DNA of 64,000 bases from the human T2T-CHM13v2.0 reference genome, Homo sapiens. How positions within the stretch are numbered: the stretch's first letter is position 1; each line of letters opens with the position of its first letter. The translations under genes were made by a program, and so were the position numbers. The notes under the pieces were generated by a model. The model had not been told where the DNA came from. It made no database searches and saw only the letters and a program-made list of their open reading frames with translations. The stretch lies in the NCBI RefSeq assembly GCF_009914755.1, contig NC_060940.1; one strand, written 5' to 3'. Shown here one piece after another: positions 48,615 through 64,000 of this stretch.

Positions 48615-49267
48615 GTGGGGCAGCTCTAGGGTGTGCTGTTCTGGTCTCCCTTCAAGAAGGAACTTGCCCTTCGGCTGTGAGGAATGCTGGGAGCTGACAG
48701 ATTCCAGCTATTTTTATTTTTCTATTTTTGAGGCATGGGCCTTGCTCTGTCACCCAGGCTCAATGCAGCTTTGACCTTCTGGGCTCAAGTGATCCTCCCA
48801 CCTCAGCCTCCTGAGTAGCTGGGACTACAGGTGTGCACCGCTACACTCAGATAATTTACTTTTTTATTTTTAGTAGAGATGACGTCTCACTATGTTGCCC
48901 TGGCTGGTGTTGAACTCCTGGGCTCAAGTGACCTTCTCACCTCGGACTCCCAAAGTGCTGGGATTGCAGGTGTGAGCCACTGAACCTGGCCTCTGCCTCA
49001 CCTGTTAAGCTGAGGTTGTGCTGTTCTCAGGCAGCCCCAGCGAAGGACTGAGCAAGGTACTGGGACTAGTGATTATAGCTCACTGTGGGATTCCTTTGGT
49101 GGGAAATCTTTGCTCCAGAACTCCCCACTGGGTTGGATGAACATTTTCCAGATCTGCATCTCGATCTGATATTCTCCCTGGCCAATCCTCCTTCTTCACC
49201 ATTTTATCTTTCATGGATGTTACTCCCAAATAAACCTGATACTACCGCAGAGAACCCAACTAACACA
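48615..49267 (+). mobile_element. LTR16A-like LTR split by an Alu
   Basis: tctcccttcaagaa...gctgacag; aatctttgctccagaactcccc; cccaactaacaca. Confidence 0.7.
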
Positions 49268-49269
49268 TT

Positions 49270-50220
49270 GCATTAGCATTCAATTGGAGTTTGATCAGAG
49301 GAGCAGAACCACCATGGCTGACATGCAATGAGAGACTTATTACATGTGGGGATTAGTCCTCACGCAACTGTGGGGGCAAGTTATCAGTCAATGTGGGCGG
49401 TGGCTCTTCTGAATCTGATGTTGCATCTGAAGTCATCAGGGCCAGCAGCTGGACAGGAAAAAATGTACATGAAGTAGGGGATGCAAAGACCAACAGGAAC
49501 CTACAAGGACAACGTGGAACCTGAGTCTGTTGCCACCTCCAATCTTGATGATGTGAGTGACTGGCAGGAGGAGCCAGTGCCCATGACAGGCACCTGGTGT
49601 AGGGTTTGGAGAAGCTGAAGGAGACCTGGAGGAGCTGGAGGTACCACAGGCCTGGCTGATGCCTCACACCCACAGGTGAAGCATCAGGCTAGCTGCAAAT
49701 TGTGTAAGTGGCAAGAATGCCATGCACCTGTGCTCAGAGCATAGCAATTGCTGCACCTTCAGTCCTGTCTGCCAAATCTTTTTTTTTTTTTAAGCGACAG
49801 AATCTCACTCTGTCACTCAGGCTGGAGTTAAGTGGTGTAATCATAGCTCACAGCAGCCTCAAACCTCTAGACTCAGGTTATCCTCCTGCCTCAGCCTCCC
49901 GAGTAACAGGGACCACAGGCCCATGTCACCATGCCTGGCTTATTTATTTATTTATATTTATTTTCTTATTTTTTTTGTAGAGATGGGGGATCTCGTTATG
50001 TTGCCCAGGCTGGTCTCGAACTCCTGGGCTCAAGCGATTCTCCAGCCTCAGCCTTCCAAAGTGTTGGGATTACAGGCGTGAGCCACTGCATCCGGCCAGT
50101 CTGTCAAATCTTGCATATGTTTTTCTCATGGCCAACAATAACATAGACCATAGAGAAGGGATTTCTTGGAAATATAGTTCCAGTTTTGCTAAGTTAAATA
50201 AAATTAAATAAACCTACCAC
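49270..50220 (-). mobile_element. MLT2-like (ERVL) LTR split by an Alu
   Basis: ttgatcagaggagcagaaccac...ggaaatatagttccag...ctaccaca. Confidence 0.55.
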
Positions 50221-50731
50221 AATAGGATTGGTTAAAATAAAATGATATATTCATAAAATGAAATGGTATTCAGCCATTTAAAACGATGTCATAGATGAAT
50301 ATTATCATTAAGAAAACAATATAAATAGCATAAACTAATTTGCAAACATGCATATAAACATATAAAGAAAAGTATTTTGAGGGGTTATGTTCTAAGATGT
50401 TACATTTTTAAGTCAAAACAAGTCAGTCTGGGTCACTTCTCTTCTTTAAACTCTTTTTTTTAGAGACAGGGTCTTACTTTGCTGCCAGGCTGGAGTGCAG
50501 TGGCACAATACAGCTCACTGCAGCCTCAACCTCCTGGGCTCAAATAATCTTCCCACCTCAGCCTCCTGAGTATCTGGGACTACAGGTGTGTGTCATCATA
50601 CTGGGGTTAAGTTTTCTTTTTTTTTTTTTTTTTTAGAGATAGGGTCTTGTTGTGTTGCTCGGGTTGGTCTCGACTCCCTGGTCTCAAGTAATCCTCCTGC
50701 CTCAACCTTCCTAATCTCCTTTAAATTCTTA

Positions 50732-50992
<261 letters not shown>

Positions 50993-51449
50993 TCAAATCT
51001 AAGTATTTTTATAGCTTCCAGGTCCTCTGCAATGCAGATGACGTATGCGGTCTTTCCAGTTTCATCTCTGACTCCCACGTGCGTGTCATTTCATGTTCTA
51101 GGAATGCCAGCTGTTTGAGGTTCTTCCTTTCTATGCTCTGCTGTTTCTCACTGACTTTGGCTTTTCTCTTTGGTTGGACTATCTTTCACCCCAACCTTTG
51201 CCTGATTAGTTCCTGCTTATTATTCAATAATAATTTTCTGGTAGTGCTTTATTGAGCCATTTGCAGCTCAATAGTTCCCCAAAGTAATTATTTTGAACAT
51301 CAAAATAAATTACCTGGGAAACTTACAAAAATACTGATACTTGGGCGTCACTATAGATCTTCTACATTATAATTTCCAGAGACAGGACCTGCAAGTCTGC
51401 ATATGATTTTGAATATAGACTTGTCTGCATGTGATAGAGATCCAATGGT

Positions 51450-52575
<1,126 letters not shown>

Positions 52576-54974
52576 TTTTTTTACCAAATTTTAATGATAA
52601 AGGCATAATGGTAATGGCTACTTCCTATTGAGCTAAGCCCTACACAAACATAACCTCCTTTAATTCTAACAATAAACCCATGAGTTAGGTATTTTTGGTA
52701 ACCCCACATTATGAATATGAAGTAATATTCTCAAGGTCATGCAGTCAGTAAGTGGTGAAGTGCTTGCTTTTAGTCATTAAGCTTTTCAGTCTGTTGAGAA
52801 ATTGCTGGTTTCCAATCACATACATTTTTCTTTTAAGTAAACATTCCCTCTGATTTTTCCACAATTTTGTGTATGAATTTTCATAATTAGACTTCAGTGT
52901 ATACTAATTTGATATTTAAGAGGTCTGTTTGTCGCTTCCTAGCATGAAAATAATTCACAAAAGATATTTAATTTAATACTCGGATGATCAACTTCTCATT
53001 TTAAGCCATACCAAACTCTTTCCCAACTCTGAGCAATATTTTCAGATTCTGTTTTAAGCAAATGATTAATTAATAAATAATTAATATTCATGCACACTTT
53101 GGCATGCCAGACACGGAGCTAAATAAAAGCAGGTGTTACAGGGATAAGCAAGACAGACAACCCCACTGCCATGGAGTTTATATTCTAGAGAGGTAGGCAG
53201 ACCACACAACAAATAAATGTATGACAAAGTAAGTTCAGGCTGGACAGAGTGGCTCATGTAATCCCAGTGCTTTGGGAGGCTGAGATGGGAGGACCGGGCT
53301 CACAGGAATTCAAGACAAGCCTGGGCAACATAGTGAGACTCTGTCTCTACAAAAAATTAAAAAATTAGTGGGGTGTGGTGGTACACATCTGTTGTCCTAG
53401 GTACTTGGGAGGTTGAGGTGGAAGAATGGTTTGAATCCAGGAGTTTGAGGCTGCAGTGAGTATGATTGCACCACTGTACTCCAGCCTGGGCAATAGAGCA
53501 AGACTCTGTCTATGAAATGAAAATAACATTTATTTTTTTAAAAAAGCAGGATGAGGGAGACTCGGTGGAGGCTATGGCAATAGTTTAGGTAGGGAGGAGG
53601 TGGTGACAGTAGAGGTTAGATTTGGAAAGGCATGGGACATATTTTGGAGGTAGAGTCAAGAAAACATGCTCATGGTTTGCATGTGGGGCTAAAGTAAAAG
53701 AAGAATCAGAGATGGTTTGTAGATTCTTGGTTTGAGCATGTGGTTGGAGAATGGTAGCATTTCTAGAGCTAGGGATTTCTAGGGATCAATATGCTTGGAA
53801 AAATGAAGAGTTTTGTGCAAAGTAATTTTTTTTTTGAATGAGTGCCCATTGCAGAGACTGCTAGGTGTCTACTATAGCCTTTTCATTCCCCTCTTTTTTT
53901 AATAAAGGAAAGCCAATTTTACCGGGGGTGGCAAAGTGTCTGGAGAAAACATAACATTTCTTAGTTTCCTTTGTAGCTAACCTCTTTTGCTTGTCTATTA
54001 CGTGAGCTCCATATACATAATGTGAATGTGAATAACCTTGAGTTTTGAAATTACATGCTTAGACTAAGAGAAGGAGCCTCTATGCCAAATAACTTTGCAG
54101 AGTTGCCATATCAGTTCTAGCCTTTTTTTTTTTTTTCTCACCCTGTCACCCAGGCTGGAGTGCAGTAGCGTGATCTCAGCTCACGGCAACCTTAGCCTCC
54201 CAGCGTCAAGCAATTCTCCCACCTCAGCTTCCTGTATAGCTGGGGCTACAGGTACACACCACCATACCTGGCTAATTTTTGTAGTTTTTAGTAGAGACAC
54301 GATTTCACCATGTTAGCCAGGCCAGTCTCAATCTCCTGACCTCAAGTGATCCGCCCACCTCAGCCTCTCAAAGTGCTGGGATTACATACGTGATCCAACT
54401 GTGCCCAGCCAATTCTAGCCTTTTATATCAGAGAAAAAACTCTAAATTGCTTAATCTACAATAATTGGAACCCTGTTACTAGTAGTTGAATACAATTCCT
54501 ATCTGATACCATACTGATTCTAGAAAAAAATTATTAAGCTATAATTTCCAGAGTTTGTCCCTGAATTCCCATTCTCCTCCAAGCAGAACATGAAGTTGCC
54601 CAGAAATAGTTTATCTGTGGTATGCAAATCCAGTGTATTAGAAAATATTTTCTGAATCTACTTTTGGTTCCATTATCCTCAACCAACATATGTCAGCAAA
54701 ATAAAACAAGCATTTGTATTTTTAGTATGTCACTGTTGTGCAGTCTCCTAAATTTTGATGTTTTAAGCACTATGCCTTTAACATTCACTAAAGCTGATAA
54801 CATGGAAGAGGTTGATTATGGTTCCCCGGGTGCCAAGAATTATACGGGTTTCTGTTCCAATGTTGAGGACAGAAATCCTTCAGCGCAGATGGAAACATGG
54901 TTGGATTCTGTAGATACATTTCTTATTCACACAACAGAGAGTCTAATAGAGACGGGACATTATTATTTTTTTGA

Positions 54975-55327
<353 letters not shown>

Positions 55328-55802
55328 TAGATGTGGGTTCTGTCATTTAGGGTGGAGGCTTGGGTTTGTGCGTGGAGTGCATAGTTCCTTTCTTTTGGGA
55401 AGGGCCATCTGGGTGAGCTCTTTTGCTTTGGGCAGGGACAATGCAAGGACAAATACCATTTTCATAGGGGACACTCTTGCTCTCTTTCCAAGGTTGGGGC
55501 TGGAAGGAATTTCTGGGCCTAGTGGGAGGGGGAGGCCAGCTCCCAGCATGTGGAGTCTGAGGCTGGGGCCTGTGCCCCTTGGAGCAGCCCAGCTGGACAG
55601 TGCATCTCACGACCTGAGGGTGTCTAATTGGGTCTAATCAGAGGCATTAGAGAGTGACAAGTCTCCTGGAGGCCACAGATTGCAGAGGCCTAAGTGTGGT
55701 AACAAAGACAGAGACTGAATTCAAAAGCCCAGTTATGCTTCAAACTCAACCCAGAAACCAGCAGTCCCTGCCGCACTCTCTTCCTCCCCAGTTCCAGTCT
55801 AG

Positions 55803-56135
<333 letters not shown>

Positions 56136-56705
56136 TAGCCATTTCTTCTCTAATTCACCTCCATATTTACAAACATACATCTATCTTTCCCCTTATAGAC
56201 GTTATTTGCTGACTTCCTACTGTGGAGGGTGAGAATTTGACTCTTTCACACTCTCCTCCAATTTCCTTTCTCATCTTTGACCTAACCACATTACAAGGTT
56301 AGGTCAAAACATATTCAGTGTTTGCATTATTGTGACTTTGTAAATGCTATGTAAGCTGAGCCAGGTTGTGTACCATGATTACCTTTCCTTCTTGCATAAG
56401 CTTTTGTTTTCTCCAGAGTGAATAATTCCTTTATTTTACTTTATTAGTTTTCCACATATTTGTCTTAGTCTGTTTGGGCAGCAAAACCAAGATATGATAG
56501 ACCGGGTAGCTGATAAACAACAGAAATGCATTTCTTGGCTGGGCGCGGTGACTCACACCTCTATTCCCAGCACTTTGGGAGGCCGAGGCGGATGGATCAC
56601 TTGAAGTCAGGAGTTTTGAGACCAGACTGGACAGCATGGTAAACCATGCCTTGACTAAAAATACAAAAACTAGCTGGGCATGGTGGTGCACACCTGTAAG
56701 CCTCA

Positions 56706-58161
<1,456 letters not shown>

Positions 58162-58181
58162 AACCTCCTATTTGGCTTCCC

Positions 58182-60411
<2,230 letters not shown>

Positions 60412-60545
60412 CTAGGGATTCCCTTTCCTTTTTCCTGCTTCCACTGCTTCCTGGACCCCCTGTTTTCCTCTTTATAGCTTTAATTTCTCATTTTGATAGA
60501 GCAGACTACCTAGTAACCTCCTAAGAAAGAGTGCATTGGTGGTCA

Positions 60546-60911
<366 letters not shown>

Positions 60912-61099
60912 TTACGCTTGATGGTAAGGTGTCAGGGTCTAGAATTTTAGGTTGAAAATAGCCTTTCTCTCAAAAAAAAAAAAAGGAAAAGTATTGCTTC
61001 ATTTTTCTTCTAGCTTCTTATGATGCTCTTGAAGAGTATTAGTTTTTGTATGTGCCTATTTTGTTTCTTTCCCCCACTCCTGAAAACTTCTAGGTGCCA

Positions 61100-61285
61100 T
61101 TATTGGTGGCAGTTAAGTGTGCAAACTCTAGAAGCAGACTACCTGGGTTCAAATCTCAGTTCCAACAATCATTGGTTATGTGACTCTGGGAAATTTGTTT
61201 AACTGCTCTGTGCCTCAGTTTCCCCATCTGTAAAGATAATAACAGTACCTACCTCACAGAGTTGCTGTGAGGATCAAATGACTCC
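61100..61285 (+). mobile_element. MIR SINE (further MIR remnants at ~8600-8810, 14510-14700, 17145-17215, 22440-22630, 34210-34320, 44440-44620, 52610-52790)
   Basis: cctgggttcaaatctcagttcc...ctctgtgcctcagtttccccatctgtaaa...acctacctcacagagttgctgtgaggat. Confidence 0.85.
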
Positions 61286-61380
61286 CTACCTTTCTGTGCT
61301 CCTCTGTATCCGTTGATGTAAACCTTCCTCAAGTTGGGTTGGTTCCACACACCATTTCTGGAGAGGGGTAGGGTCTAGAA

Positions 61381-61922
<542 letters not shown>

Positions 61923-62785
61923 GAAACACTATCCTCTCCTTTTTGTACTTATTTTATCCGACCCTTCTTAGAGGTATAGAGATGACTCCTAGTTGGAGAC
62001 ATCTCAGACTAAAAACTGACTACCTTATATTATAACTTCTACACAGTGCTCTAAGTGGTCCGATGATTGAGTTATATCAAATGCAGGGTTTCAGTTGCAA
62101 CATTAATGAAATAGCCTGAGTAAACCTTTCGTGATGACAAGAGCCAGCCACCAATTATCTCATCCCTGGATTGGCATTATTGTAAGCCACAAAGTACCAA
62201 GCTTTCCTTGTGCTTAAACTGTTGAGGAAAATGCTTGACTCTTTTTTTTTTTTTTTTGAGACAGAGTCTCCCTCTGTCACCTAGGCTGGAGTGCAGTGGC
62301 ACGAACATGGCTCACTGAATCCTTGACCTCCTGGGTTCAGGTGAGCCTTTCACCTCAGCCTCCCAAGTAGGTGGAACTACAGGTGCAAGCCACCATACAG
62401 GCTAATTTAAAAAATTATTTCTAGATACGAGGTCTTACTATGTTGCCCAGGCTGGTTTTGAACTCCTGGGCTCAAGTGATCCTCCTGCCTCAGCCTCCCA
62501 AAGGGTGGGTTTGCAGGCATGAACCACCATGCCTGCCCAGCCAACTCTTTCTTTGTAACATTTTTATACAAATAAAAACAGCCATGCTATGGCACTTTTA
62601 TCCATTAATTCTAGGTCAAGTGACATGCTGGGACTGGAAAGATGAAAATCACTGTGTCACCCTCAAAGGTTTGAGTAAGCAAGCAATTTAGATAGAACAT
62701 CCCCTGTGTCACAATAAAGCCCTTTTCGCCAATCAGATTAGCAAAGACTAAAAAACAAACAAAAGACACAATCAATGCTTGTTAG

Positions 62786-63358
<573 letters not shown>

Positions 63359-64000
63359 TGAACTTCCGGGCTCAAACAATCCTCCCACCTCAGCCTCCTG
63401 AGTAGCTAAGACCACTGGTGACCCAACTGATTCTTGGGGAAGGCAGCCCCAATTGAGTTGACAACAAAAGTGCCTCCCTAGCCTGGGGCCAGTGAGACCC
63501 CAAATATCACCCCCCTCCCTTCGCTGGGTTTTTCCTGCCCATCTTTACCTGACCATTGGTCACTGGAGGAGCCTCTTAAACCTTCTAACCGGGAACTGCT
63601 CCTGCTATTGTATTTTCACCCACCTACACAATTACTGGACCACAGCATCTCCTACCACGCTCTCACTTCTCACATTGTCAGTACATCCATCCCCAGTCCT
63701 TGCCTGCCAAATTCCCCCATCTGTCATCAACACCCCCCCGCCATAGATTTTCTTTCCCCTTCCATCGACAAAAACCACTTTTCCCTTCTCCCAATGTTAT
63801 TATGCTAGTATTGGTTAACACTGAGCTATTTTCATTTATTTGCTTCATTTGAAATTTTCAAATGCATTCACGCTCCTTGTAAAAATTAAAGTAATTCAGA
63901 AGTACATGAAGTAAAAAGGTGAGAGTCCCTCCTTCGCTCAACTCATCTCAGTCCCCAGAAATAACCACTGATAGTAGTTTTGCTTTCCTGTTTCCAGAAC

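Overview
This window is primate (human-like) genomic DNA. It holds one complete protein-coding gene, CHP2 (calcineurin-like EF-hand protein 2), on the + strand. CHP2 has 7 coding exons (ATG 34880, TGA 37412-37414, 196 aa), a CpG-island promoter and a 3' UTR largely derived from transposons. From memory, human CHP2 lies at 16p12 between ERN2 and PRKCB; neither neighbour is visible here. The rest is Alu-dense intergenic DNA (about 75 Alu copies or fragments by manual count) with solo LTRs (MER11, LTR10C-like, LTR16, MLT/MaLR), a dead 5'-truncated L1PA, older L1M/L2/MIR fragments, DNA transposons (MER1A, MER20, MER58, MER63, Tigger3a, MER2, MER5) and microsatellites. Almost all ORFs in the supplied track outside CHP2 and L1 are Alu or microsatellite artefacts. 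I did not find a convincing new biological system. The best leads are a perfect 48-bp-arm AT-rich inverted repeat inside a ~290-bp quasi-palindrome, a poly(A)-less internal L1 fragment with flanking direct repeats inside an L2, two CHP2 poly(A) signals that bracket a MER1A hairpin and Pumilio site, a solo LTR splitting an Alu, and a weak splice donor followed by G-runs. Repeat subfamily names come from recalled consensus sequences, not a RepeatMasker run.
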